From sequence record OQ603353.1: a stretch of DNA of 64,000 nt; one strand, written 5' to 3'. The notes under the pieces are model-generated. The model was not told where the DNA came from. It worked only from the letters and a program-made list of their open reading frames with translations, and searched no databases. Both the position numbers and the translations under genes were made by a program. How positions within the stretch are numbered: position 1 is the stretch's first letter; each line of letters opens with the position of its first letter. Positions 26,371-35,416 of the stretch are shown piece after piece.

Positions 26371-26765
26371 AGGTAACCCCGGTACAGGTTTTCCATTTCG
26401 CCGCCCGTAACATAGAAATAGACGCCTTGCTTCTTGAAGATATGGAACCACTCCGAGTTCTCAATCTCCTTGATGACAAGGAGCAACGCATCGTGTCGCG
26501 TCTTACCGCCCCGAACCACAGTGTAGTAGTCGAACCCACCCGCCATTGGAATCTCCAACGACATTTCTGCGTAGTGAATCCCGTGCTTGGGAGATACCAC
26601 GTTGAAGTGCATCGGCAGGATCATGGTTGCGTCGCTCGGTTCCACCCATGCGCGCTTATGCTTGCGCACCTTGCCAAGCTTGCCGGCCAGCTTTTCCGTG
26701 CGGCTCTTGCCAGTTGGTTCAGCGAGGACTCGGGTGGTGCGAATGACAATATTGCTAAGGGACAT
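26367..26765 (-). CDS. Early hypothetical protein
   Basis: First gene after cassette 3; GGAG RBS before ATG 26765. Confidence 0.65.
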   Translation of the reverse strand: MSLSNIVIRTTRVLAEPTGKSRTEKLAGKLGKVRKHKRAWVEPSDATMILPMHFNVVSPKHGIHYAEMSLEIPMAGGFDYYTVVRGGKTRHDALLLVIKEIENSEWFHIFKKQGVYFYVTGGEMENLYRGYL

Positions 26766-26787
26766 GCTAGCTCCGATGAGTGCGTTA

Positions 26788-26928
26788 TTTTCAAAGTGTG
26801 TTTGGCCTGCTCTAGACGACAGGCAGACTTTCTCACAACTACAGTATAGCACAAATCTTCTCGGTGTGCGGCCACCCCTGATTCCCGTTCAGCTGCCGTT
26901 CAGGTTCAGTTCGAGCATCCTTTGAAAA
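26788..26928 (-). repeat. Early-promoter cassette copy 3 (extended -10 TGCTATACT at 26843-26851)
   Basis: Near-identical to copy 4 over the leader and the upstream GTTCAG block. Confidence 0.85.
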
Positions 26929-26949
26929 AATCGACCCATTCGGGAAACG

Positions 26950-26983
26950 AAAAGGGGCCACCAAGATCGCTCCCGGCAGCCCC
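26950..26983 (-). terminator. Intrinsic terminator closing the modification operon
   Basis: GGGGCUGCC/GGUGGCCCC stem then UUUUCGUUU. Confidence 0.75.
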
Positions 26984-26988
26984 TAAAT

Positions 26989-27837
26989 TCAGCCTAGTTT
27001 GAAGTCGATGCCCACAGCCACCTTGCTAGTGACCGGATGCACGCCACGTAGGACTGAGGAAATCTGCCGTTCAAACAACGGGGCTTCCCAATCCAAGTAC
27101 GTAGTGGTATCACCATGACGGACGACTATTTCCGCATCCTCTAACAGCGGCGCACCTACCAACTCTGCCACGCCTGCTGCATTCGGATTGTACATTGCGG
27201 CTACTTCGATCACGTCATCGAACCCTAGCACTTGAACTTCACCACTCCAATTTACTGGAGTAGTTGCGGCATGGTCTACCTTTGCAGCCACGTCGAAGCC
27301 ACGCTGCCATCCGATGATGCTCATCAGATGGAAGCCTAGATCGTACTTGATTACATGGTTCCATTGAGAACCATCGGTAGGCATGTTGTTGTGGTACATA
27401 GCCAGCGCAGTGATTGGTTCGTGCACGTCTGCCAGTTTGGAATGGTAAATCCATTCGGCGGAAACAAGCACACGATCATCAATCACGTCTGACTTATACG
27501 GCTTCTCACACAGCACGCGAGACTCAGGGAAGCATTGTACGGACTGCCTAACCATCAGGTCATGAGTGCTATCTGGCGTGGCGATGATAATGAGGTCCGG
27601 AGCATTCCACGTACTCATCATTGCGCCAGTCAGTGTTTTGTATACTGGAACCTGACGCTCCAGCACTGCTTCTTCGTAGAACGAACCCCACTGATTAACC
27701 AGCACCGATCTGCTGTAGACTTCACTAGCCTTGGGGTTCACGTCTACGACAAAGGACAGCGTATGTCCGAGATTCAAGGCAGCGATGGCGTGAGCTTTAC
27801 CCACGCCAAGGCCACCTACAATTCCAATGCGCGCCAT
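26989..27837 (-). CDS. Gfo/Idh/MocA-family NAD(P) oxidoreductase
   Basis: RIGIVGGLGVG Rossmann motif, IIATPDSTH, VLCEKP. Confidence 0.85.
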   Translation of the reverse strand: MARIGIVGGLGVGKAHAIAALNLGHTLSFVVDVNPKASEVYSRSVLVNQWGSFYEEAVLERQVPVYKTLTGAMMSTWNAPDLIIIATPDSTHDLMVRQSVQCFPESRVLCEKPYKSDVIDDRVLVSAEWIYHSKLADVHEPITALAMYHNNMPTDGSQWNHVIKYDLGFHLMSIIGWQRGFDVAAKVDHAATTPVNWSGEVQVLGFDDVIEVAAMYNPNAAGVAELVGAPLLEDAEIVVRHGDTTTYLDWEAPLFERQISSVLRGVHPVTSKVAVGIDFKLG

Positions 27838-27840
27838 TGC

Positions 27841-28950
27841 TTAGTTCGGGTAGCGGTCGTTGTCGAGCAACTTGGTCAGGCGAGTGGTAATCGTGTGCTC
27901 AAACGCATTGACCTGCACGAACACTGGGGCCAGCAACACGTCGAACAGAGTGTGGCGTACCCAATCCTTACTCAGGAGTTGGGCTGCATCTTCCAGCGTG
28001 TAGTACAGGTGCTCGTCGCGGTACATGTATGGGTAGCACGCGCGGTTGGGCACTACCGGAATCGCGCCTAGGACCACTGCATCAATAACGCTGTAACCGA
28101 AAGTCTCCAGCGTTGCAGAGCTAAACAGGAAACTCAGTTTCGCCACCTCGGTCCAATACTTGTCCTTGGTATCACATAGGACGAACTCAATACCTGCATC
28201 CACCGCTTCCTGATACAGTGGTGCGGTGTCGAGGGGGACCGGGTGCAGAACGCGGAAGGTGCGGGTGTCGCCAAGACGATGGGCCAGTTCGATGAAGTCT
28301 TCGGGGCGCTTATCCTCTGCCCAACGATGGCTCCAGCCCACGACAGGCTTTGCCTCTTCAGCACGCGCAGTCAGCGAACGGCGCAGCTGCGCAGGGTTGG
28401 TATCTTGTGGGCTAATGACCGGCAGACCAATGACGTTGACGTTGGTGGAGTTTAGTAGGTCCACTCCATAGTCGGTAGCTACGTAGGTTTCGGTGAAACA
28501 ATCCAGCAGGGTTTCTTCGAGGCTGCGTACCCACGAGCCTGCCGAATACAGGAAGTCACCCGGAGTCTCAACGCTGCTATGGAAGAAGCCGGTCAGGTGG
28601 GCCTTGATGCCTGCGCAGTGCATGTGGAACTTGAGCACCGGAACGGCAGGCGACCAACCATCGGCAAAGTAAACCACGTCGCCATCAGCGATGTGATCCA
28701 GCACACCCAGCACACCCTTGCAGAACGATTTGGTCATCGTCTCGTCGGAGTAGAACATGGACTGCGACGACATGCTGTTGAATTCTTCGCCGCTGTTCAC
28801 CTCAACGACTTCAAACTCATGACCGTTAAGGGTCCGAGTCTTGTCTGCTGCGGTTTGGCGGAGGGCGGCGATCACCTTGTTAGTGATCCACTTCTCAGGG
28901 CGGAAGTCCGACTCGGGACTGCGAACTACAATGATCTTCTTCACTTTCAA
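27841..28950 (-). CDS. GT-B (GT4-like) glycosyltransferase with GTDC1/QTMAN-like motifs
   Basis: WSHRWAEDKRPEDF and KDKY...FSSATLETFGYSVIDAVVLGAIPVVPNRACYP...HLY. Confidence 0.85.
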   Translation of the reverse strand: MKVKKIIVVRSPESDFRPEKWITNKVIAALRQTAADKTRTLNGHEFEVVEVNSGEEFNSMSSQSMFYSDETMTKSFCKGVLGVLDHIADGDVVYFADGWSPAVPVLKFHMHCAGIKAHLTGFFHSSVETPGDFLYSAGSWVRSLEETLLDCFTETYVATDYGVDLLNSTNVNVIGLPVISPQDTNPAQLRRSLTARAEEAKPVVGWSHRWAEDKRPEDFIELAHRLGDTRTFRVLHPVPLDTAPLYQEAVDAGIEFVLCDTKDKYWTEVAKLSFLFSSATLETFGYSVIDAVVLGAIPVVPNRACYPYMYRDEHLYYTLEDAAQLLSKDWVRHTLFDVLLAPVFVQVNAFEHTITTRLTKLLDNDRYPN

Positions 28951-29555
28951 TCCTCTTTGAACTTTCGGTGGTGGAGGCTGCGAGTTACCTCAACATGAAG
29001 CGACGGTCCGCGCTCTCCCTTTTCATGCAACACGAACGACTCTGCAATCAGATCGAAGTTGCCGATCATATACATTTCGCGCTCGTAGATTTGCAGGCAC
29101 TTGCTCTTGGCTTTGGTTTCGCTGTAGAGCGTGAAGTCCGGCACCTTATAGTTGAATGCAGGCACCAGCACGGATGGGCGCTCCTTGACTGGCAGCATCG
29201 ACCACGCGAGCATGGTGTGCTTATGTAGCTCCCGATGATGGCGGTGGCCATACTCACCGTTCGGGTTGTGCGTTACGAGGTAGTTGTACCCATTGTGCAA
29301 CTGCTGATAGATGTTCTCCACCAGCAGCGCAGTGTCCTCGGTCAGCGTGCCTTGGTAATCGTCGTCCAACGCAAGCTGGATACCCCTCGATTTCAACACC
29401 TTACAGGCGGCAAGGAATTCCTTGCCGCGTGCAGTGCGATGACCGTAAGTGGCACATAGATCGTGCCACTCGATATGAGGCGTGGCCTGCCGGATGTTGT
29501 GGCCGAAAATGAAACTGTCATCCGGGTGGGCCATTACAATCAGTGCTTTCATCAC
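28947..29555 (-). CDS. PIG-L/LmbE-family N-acetylhexosamine deacetylase
   Basis: MAHPDDS and THNPNGEYGHRHH metal-binding motifs. Confidence 0.85.
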   Translation of the reverse strand: MMKALIVMAHPDDSFIFGHNIRQATPHIEWHDLCATYGHRTARGKEFLAACKVLKSRGIQLALDDDYQGTLTEDTALLVENIYQQLHNGYNYLVTHNPNGEYGHRHHRELHKHTMLAWSMLPVKERPSVLVPAFNYKVPDFTLYSETKAKSKCLQIYEREMYMIGNFDLIAESFVLHEKGERGPSLHVEVTRSLHHRKFKED

Positions 29556-31075
29556 AGTCCTACTAGCGGCGCGTCCTGCATATACTTTACAGGATCGTCC
29601 TTACCAATCATGGCAAACGCGGTTCGCCGCAACTGGCATGGGCCACAGTTTCCGCAATGAAGCTCACCGCCGTGGTAGCAACTCCAGCTAAGATGGATCG
29701 GCGCTTCAAGCAGCAGACCCGTCTGCGCCACTTCATGCTTCATCAGCTTGTCCAGAGGGTTGACCAACTTCGGAGCGGCCTTGGAGCCAATGGCGATGGC
29801 CTTCTCCATGAGGTCGAAGAACTCCTTCTCGTTGTCTCCGAATGCGCCTGCTTCTTCAAGATTGGCGCCGGTGTAGATTGCACCAAAGCTCCACCGATCA
29901 GCATATGCTGCCATCATGGCGACCATCAGGCCATTACGGAATGGCACCCACTCATTCGCGTATTCGATGCCGTCCTTGCCGGTTGCCACTTCCATCGTGT
30001 CGTCCACCAGCGGGTTGCCACCCAGCTGCTTGAGGAAGTCAAGGTCGAAGAACTTGAGGGTGATCGTCTTCCTGGGATGACGTTCAACCAGCGCAGCGTG
30101 GATAGCTGTCACTGCCTCTGTCTCGCGCGTCTGTGCCCGGCAGCCATAATGGAAGTGGGCGAGCACGATATTGGTGTGATCCCGACAGGCGATTTCTGCA
30201 CTAACCGTGCTATCCATACCGCCGGACAGAATCACGATGGCGCTCTCAGGATTGCCACCGTTCGGATCCTTGTCGAAGCGAGTGGTTGCCGCCTTGCCTA
30301 CGAAGAAGGAGTTCCGGTCGTGGTGGCCATTGAACTTCCAAGTCGAGTTGGCGGCGATGTGGAAGTCAGTATACATGCCATCCCGAATCAGTGCACGCGT
30401 AATGGCCTGACGTTCACTGGCGAATACCACCGCAGCGGCGTTTTCGTGGAAGCCAAAGCTAGGGCACACAGCGGAGAGGGGCCGATAGTTGCGGGCGAGC
30501 CACAGCGTATCAGTCTCCACGTCGTAGACCGCTGACGCGACAGAACCGATCAGGCTTTCAAACTCGCCACGCTCAACCGCGTAGGGAATCGCAGCGCTGT
30601 CCACCTTGGTGCGGGAATGTTCCGGGATGAATTGCGCATCGTTGGCGATGACGCCGTTGTGAACAGCGAAATAGCGTTCAGCGGGCCAGTTGGCGTAGGG
30701 CTGAATGTCATCCTCGCGCTGGTCCTGTAGCCATTCAGTAGTCGGCTCGGCTCGGCAGTTTGCGATCAGGGTGAAACTTCTCACCTCGTTCGGAGTCATG
30801 GCGTCGAGGTTGCGCATCATGATCTGCACCTGACTGATTACAGCCAGTGCACGTGCATTGAGGTCAGGATGGGTATCCCGAATCGAACGGAACGACTGAC
30901 GCTGGAATACGCGATGTGTGCTGCCATCAAGCGACGTGATGAAGGCAGCGTAGCCCATTGCATCACGGCCACGCTCGCAACTTTCAACAGCCAGCGTCAT
31001 CAGTGCGTTGAAGACGACACGCTTCTGCTGTGCGTCAGACCAACGCAGGTTATGGACACCGAAAATGGAACACAT
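29552..31075 (-). CDS. queC: Glutamine amidotransferase class II - QueC fusion (Gat-QueC)
   Basis: N-terminal Ntn Cys (MCSIFG), RGRDAMG, NCRAEPT, HNGVIAND; QueC SGGMDS PP-loop, VPFRNGL, NLEEAGAFGDN, Zn site SCY...HCGNCGPC. Confidence 0.92.
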   Translation of the reverse strand: MCSIFGVHNLRWSDAQQKRVVFNALMTLAVESCERGRDAMGYAAFITSLDGSTHRVFQRQSFRSIRDTHPDLNARALAVISQVQIMMRNLDAMTPNEVRSFTLIANCRAEPTTEWLQDQREDDIQPYANWPAERYFAVHNGVIANDAQFIPEHSRTKVDSAAIPYAVERGEFESLIGSVASAVYDVETDTLWLARNYRPLSAVCPSFGFHENAAAVVFASERQAITRALIRDGMYTDFHIAANSTWKFNGHHDRNSFFVGKAATTRFDKDPNGGNPESAIVILSGGMDSTVSAEIACRDHTNIVLAHFHYGCRAQTRETEAVTAIHAALVERHPRKTITLKFFDLDFLKQLGGNPLVDDTMEVATGKDGIEYANEWVPFRNGLMVAMMAAYADRWSFGAIYTGANLEEAGAFGDNEKEFFDLMEKAIAIGSKAAPKLVNPLDKLMKHEVAQTGLLLEAPIHLSWSCYHGGELHCGNCGPCQLRRTAFAMIGKDDPVKYMQDAPLVGL

Positions 31076-31080
31076 GTGGG

Positions 31081-31875
31081 TTACTCCGTGGGGTCGAGCA
31101 AGACCGGAACCTTGCGCTCAAAAGGAATGGGCTTCCACGTCTTCTTGTAGTCGAAGACGGCGAGGCCGAGGTTGAGATACAACACGTTCGCCTTGTAGCA
31201 CAGGCGTAGGGCTTGCAGGAGCATCACGTTCCCGACGGTGTACTCCTTGGCGTATTGGTCACGCAGGAGCAACGTGTTGACCCAGTGATACTCATCGTTC
31301 TCTGGGCACATTTGGAACATGCCAATGCCGCATGGGGTGAACTTGCCATCCTCGCTAGGACGGAAAACCAGCACCACGTCACTGTTGGGAATCAGCGACC
31401 ATGCAGCGATGTATTCAAGGTATGCCACCGCCGTTTCTGTCGCACCTTCAAACGTCATGCCCGGATTGAAGTGTTGCAGGTTCGAGACGATGATGTGGAT
31501 GAGTCCAGCCTTGAACTGGTCAAACTCCCCACCACGCGCGGGATGGAACATGAGGTTGGCCGTGTTCTTCCAGCTGCGCTTCAATTGCGACAGTGATTGC
31601 AGGTGCGCCTCAAAACTGGGACGGCTTGCAATGACACGAACCTCTGGACGCATCGTGTGCGCCAGATTGTCCGACAGGTTCAGCACCTCATCGTAGAAGG
31701 CAGGGAACTCAGTGTCGCCCATAGGGACAAGTATGGTCCCTGCGTCTTCGGTATGGACTTCCTCAACGGTAAAGCCATTCGGTGCGGCGACCGGCTTGAA
31801 GGGTAGGCCCTTATTGCGCGCCAGAACCTCGCGGTATACGCGGTACTTCTCGAAGGCTGCGCGAACGTTACTCAT
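31081..31875 (-). CDS. FemAB/BioF2-like GNAT (Acetyltransf_6-type) paralogue 1
   Basis: FEAHLQSLSQLKR and GNVMLLQALRLCYKANVLYLNLG...DYKKTW; start moved to ATG 31875 (GGAG, overlap). Confidence 0.7.
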   Translation of the reverse strand: MSNVRAAFEKYRVYREVLARNKGLPFKPVAAPNGFTVEEVHTEDAGTILVPMGDTEFPAFYDEVLNLSDNLAHTMRPEVRVIASRPSFEAHLQSLSQLKRSWKNTANLMFHPARGGEFDQFKAGLIHIIVSNLQHFNPGMTFEGATETAVAYLEYIAAWSLIPNSDVVLVFRPSEDGKFTPCGIGMFQMCPENDEYHWVNTLLLRDQYAKEYTVGNVMLLQALRLCYKANVLYLNLGLAVFDYKKTWKPIPFERKVPVLLDPTE

Positions 31876-32911
31876 AAACCCATGCTCCTGCTTGGTAGTA
31901 AGGAGGCCACATTTTCTCTTTGGGGGTGGCCGAACAAATTGCGATACCTGCATACGTCATCGTGTCATTACACACGGGACGCTTGTACTGACTGTAGGTG
32001 TGGCCTTCCACAAAGTCAGCAGCCAGCGTGGTATCAATGATGGCGGTCCCCGTCTCCGGCCGCTGTAGGTAATACTGCACAGCATGCGCCAGAACCGCAG
32101 TGCCCAGCCCATTCGGAGCATCGTAGGTGGAGTCCTTGAAGAAGCCAACGAACACGCGACGATTGACGCGCTTCACAAACGTACCGACTGCCACAAGGCG
32201 CAAGCCATCGTAAACCTTGATGGTGTCGCACCCTGAACCAGCAGCCACCGACATTGCCAGCGGTAGCAGCGAACCTTCCACTACCAACGGATGCCACGTA
32301 GAGCACGTCTCTGCTGTCTGCGCGCTCCAGTGTTCCTGCATCCACTCGGCGATGACTGGAATCTCGTAGTCGAACAAGGGCTCGACCTCAAACGTGAGGT
32401 GCTCGGATACGCGCAGCTTCTGGCGTACCTGTGCTCTACGCTTAGTGGACAGAGACGTGAGATATTCATCCCACGTCATGACACCGGCGCGATCACGATA
32501 CCCTAGGTACACCACGTCCGACTTGAGTGAGTAGATTTCTCGTGGGAAGTCTTCGCCGTATCTATGTGGGCAGTCAAGGGCAGGAGGTGCGACGACTGCA
32601 TTATCCTGCTCAAAGGTTGGGATGGATTGAGACAGGTCGATCAAGGTGTTCTTGATTTGATCGACCGTACCTAGCATGAAGCCGGTTGCCATCCCCATAT
32701 TGGTGAACCCTGCGTACAGGGTTCCGTCCGGGTAAGACTCAACAGCGATTGAGCCGTCCGTGCTCACGTAGAGCGGCTTGTCCGCATAGGAAGGTGCAAG
32801 CTTTCTGCGGAGCTTTACCCACTGTGCTTGCACGTCCTTATCTAGCTCAGGGTAGATCGAGTTTGAACATCCGAAACGTTCAATGTAATGCTCGGCAGTC
32901 ATTACGTGCAT
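31868..32911 (-). CDS. FemAB/BioF2-like GNAT paralogue 2
   Basis: WDEYLTSLSTKRRAQVRQKLR; LGTAVLAHAVQY; YKRP. Confidence 0.75.
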   Translation of the reverse strand: MHVMTAEHYIERFGCSNSIYPELDKDVQAQWVKLRRKLAPSYADKPLYVSTDGSIAVESYPDGTLYAGFTNMGMATGFMLGTVDQIKNTLIDLSQSIPTFEQDNAVVAPPALDCPHRYGEDFPREIYSLKSDVVYLGYRDRAGVMTWDEYLTSLSTKRRAQVRQKLRVSEHLTFEVEPLFDYEIPVIAEWMQEHWSAQTAETCSTWHPLVVEGSLLPLAMSVAAGSGCDTIKVYDGLRLVAVGTFVKRVNRRVFVGFFKDSTYDAPNGLGTAVLAHAVQYYLQRPETGTAIIDTTLAADFVEGHTYSQYKRPVCNDTMTYAGIAICSATPKEKMWPPYYQAGAWVYE

Positions 32912-32913
32912 GG

Positions 32914-33789
32914 TTATTCCTTTGCAGTGTTGTTCAGCAGTGCGTGGCGCAACTTGAGGATGCTTTCGGGATGAGTCAAGTCGCGGTCAGTACGCGCGTG
33001 GAAGAGGGAGCCCCGGAAGGTGCTGTAGCTGACGCCGTATTCCACTGCCGTAACCTGCGCACCCTTGACGTAAGACACCACCGCAGTGTGGAAGGTACGC
33101 GAGAAGTAATCTCGGATGTTCCACATTTGCTTATAGGTGTCATCCCACACAGAGTAGTGCTGGTCCGGTAGCAGATTACTCAGGTCTTCCGGCACGATAC
33201 CAGCAGCGCCGTCGAGGATCAGCAGATACCACTTTTCACGAATACCGAGTTGGGTCAGGAGGTTCTGAGTCAACTCGATGATTTCAGGATTGTTTGGAAC
33301 AACCAGCACGTGCGGTCGCGTGGGAGCGTACAGTTCCCTAGCAGCTTCGATACCTATGACCTTGGCACGACGCTCTGCCATCACAGGGTTAGGTACGAAA
33401 TCGTGCTCGGGCTCAGCGAACTCGTAGCCCCTGCGCGACTGCGGGATGGGCGTTTCCGAATCCAGCAGACGCAGCACGATGGAGGTTTCGGGGCGAATGG
33501 CACACATGGCTTCCAACACAACCTCGGTCATGTTGCGGCCGTAGTCTGCTGCCTGCCATGCAGGACCAACAATCTCATCGCCTTGCAGTTCGACCGTGGT
33601 GCTGCCGATAGCGAAGCACAGGTAGGTCAGCAGTGGAGCCCACGAACTCGGCACACCTTGCAGCGTGTAGTTGCCATCCAGCGATGCTAGATAGGACAGC
33701 GTGTTGACCAGTTCAGGCAGGCTCTTGGAATCCGGACTCAGCTGCGAGGATGCGCCGTCCTCAGTTTGGGAATGAATCTCAATCTTCAT
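32914..33789 (-). CDS. Unknown protein inside the modification operon
   Basis: 291 aa, tightly coupled to both neighbours; no family recognised. Confidence 0.75.
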   Translation of the reverse strand: MKIEIHSQTEDGASSQLSPDSKSLPELVNTLSYLASLDGNYTLQGVPSSWAPLLTYLCFAIGSTTVELQGDEIVGPAWQAADYGRNMTEVVLEAMCAIRPETSIVLRLLDSETPIPQSRRGYEFAEPEHDFVPNPVMAERRAKVIGIEAARELYAPTRPHVLVVPNNPEIIELTQNLLTQLGIREKWYLLILDGAAGIVPEDLSNLLPDQHYSVWDDTYKQMWNIRDYFSRTFHTAVVSYVKGAQVTAVEYGVSYSTFRGSLFHARTDRDLTHPESILKLRHALLNNTAKE

Positions 33790-35416
33790 GCTTCAACCTC
33801 TTGTAGTAGTAGAATGCGTCCGTGCTATCAAGGTCATTACCAAACGAATCTGTCTTGTCATCGTAGTAGCCTACGACAGGCAGGCTCTGCTCAAACCCGA
33901 GGGCACGATACAGGCGCTTGGCAGGATCGTTGGTAACCGAAGTGTGCAAGGCAACGCCATCAAACTCATTCGACAGCAGCGCGAACGCCTTTTGCATCAT
34001 CTGCCTACCGACACCGTGGCCACGCATCTGCTCAGTGACGTACACAAGGTCGATATAGGCGTTCGGATTAAATTGGTTGAAAACAATGTAGCCGATGGGG
34101 TTCCGATACCGCCACCTTGCGACAAGAATCCGAACCCTTCCGCCCTCACGTGCCGTCATCAGGATGTGCGACAGCTGATTGATCGTCTCAAGATCGAAGG
34201 TGTTGAGGTCGTCTTCCCCGAACAGTTCAGAAGTCAGCTTGAGGAACTCAGCCAGCTTGATCTCCGACACGTCGATCTGATCGTTCCACTTGCTGTCCAG
34301 CTTCTTCAACTCCCATCCCTTACCACGGATGTATACCGGAGGTTCAAAGCCGTACTCAGCGCAGTAGTTGCCTGCGCAGAAATCCGAATCCACCACAGCG
34401 TAGTCGAGGGGAACGATGGGCAGTTCAAAGCCTACCGGAATGAACTTTTCCTTGTAGGTACCTTCGGTGTCTAGGTGGTAATACTTTACGTCGAGCGGCA
34501 GTTCTTCCGCAATGAATCGGATCGCCTCGTAGATGGCGAGGAAGCCGATGCGACGCTTCTTGTACTCTTCGTAGCTCACACCCGGCACGGCCAGCTTGTC
34601 CACGTACACAGCGCCACGCACTTCACCGATGTTGGTGCAGATGAGGCGGTTGTCCGCGTCGTAGATATTGAGGACCAACGCATTACGGTCCTCAAGGTTA
34701 TGCAGCATGTTGTTGATGTGGATGATGTTGGTGACGTTATCATCCGAGGTGTAGGTCCACCGCTCAAGGTTGGCGGTGTAGTTCTTGTGGAAGTCAGCAG
34801 ACTTCATCACGTCGCGCAGGCTAACCTGCTCCACCCGAACGCCTTCGTTCAGGCGCATCACAGCACGATAGTTCTCCCGGTTCTTCTTCGACAGGGAGGC
34901 AACGTAGCTTTCCATCGATTCGGGGATGTAGAGGCCATAGGACTTGTCATCCTGATAGCCATACTCACGCGGGTAGATCGGGAAGTAGTTGACGATCATG
35001 CAGGGCGGCAGCTGCTCAAACACGTCATCCAGAAATTCTGGCAGCGCCGGTGGGACGCTGACTTCAAAGTAGCTCGCACCAAACAGGTCAAACTTGGCTT
35101 GCTTGAGGGGATCACGGGTGTTCCACAGATCGTGCAGGATCGTATGGCCTACCATCTGCCCGGTGTTCAGGTCATACACATTCGTAATCACCAGCACGCT
35201 TTGATGCACAAAGTTTGCCAGCAGTACCGAAATGTATTCGTCGTAGGTGGGCAGCAAGTCACCAAAGATGCCCACACCATCAAGTGCTTTGACCCGATGC
35301 AGGTACTGCTCAAACTTTGCCTTCGGGATGAGCTTCACAACGTCAGCGGTGGGTGCGACAACATGCTGCTCGCCGAACACCCGATCAGTGCGAAACTCGC
35401 GCAGTCCGTAATTCAT
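33779..35416 (-). CDS. FemAB-like GNAT paralogue 3 fused to a RimI-like GNAT
   Basis: MESYVASLSKKNRENYR; C-terminal YIDLVYVTEQMRGHGVGRQMM...NDPAKRLYRALGF (acetyl-CoA motifs A and B). Confidence 0.8.
   Translation of the reverse strand: MNYGLREFRTDRVFGEQHVVAPTADVVKLIPKAKFEQYLHRVKALDGVGIFGDLLPTYDEYISVLLANFVHQSVLVITNVYDLNTGQMVGHTILHDLWNTRDPLKQAKFDLFGASYFEVSVPPALPEFLDDVFEQLPPCMIVNYFPIYPREYGYQDDKSYGLYIPESMESYVASLSKKNRENYRAVMRLNEGVRVEQVSLRDVMKSADFHKNYTANLERWTYTSDDNVTNIIHINNMLHNLEDRNALVLNIYDADNRLICTNIGEVRGAVYVDKLAVPGVSYEEYKKRRIGFLAIYEAIRFIAEELPLDVKYYHLDTEGTYKEKFIPVGFELPIVPLDYAVVDSDFCAGNYCAEYGFEPPVYIRGKGWELKKLDSKWNDQIDVSEIKLAEFLKLTSELFGEDDLNTFDLETINQLSHILMTAREGGRVRILVARWRYRNPIGYIVFNQFNPNAYIDLVYVTEQMRGHGVGRQMMQKAFALLSNEFDGVALHTSVTNDPAKRLYRALGFEQSLPVVGYYDDKTDSFGNDLDSTDAFYYYKRLKHED

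Noticed and set aside
26765-26852. Shared N-terminal peptide QTHFENNALIG in ORFs 26367-26852 and 60450-60944
   Set aside because: It is the translation of the repeated non-coding leader. The ORF-track starts overlap the -10 region or TSS, and real starts with GGAG lie downstream (26765, 60878). A leader-peptide role is not excluded but is unsupported.
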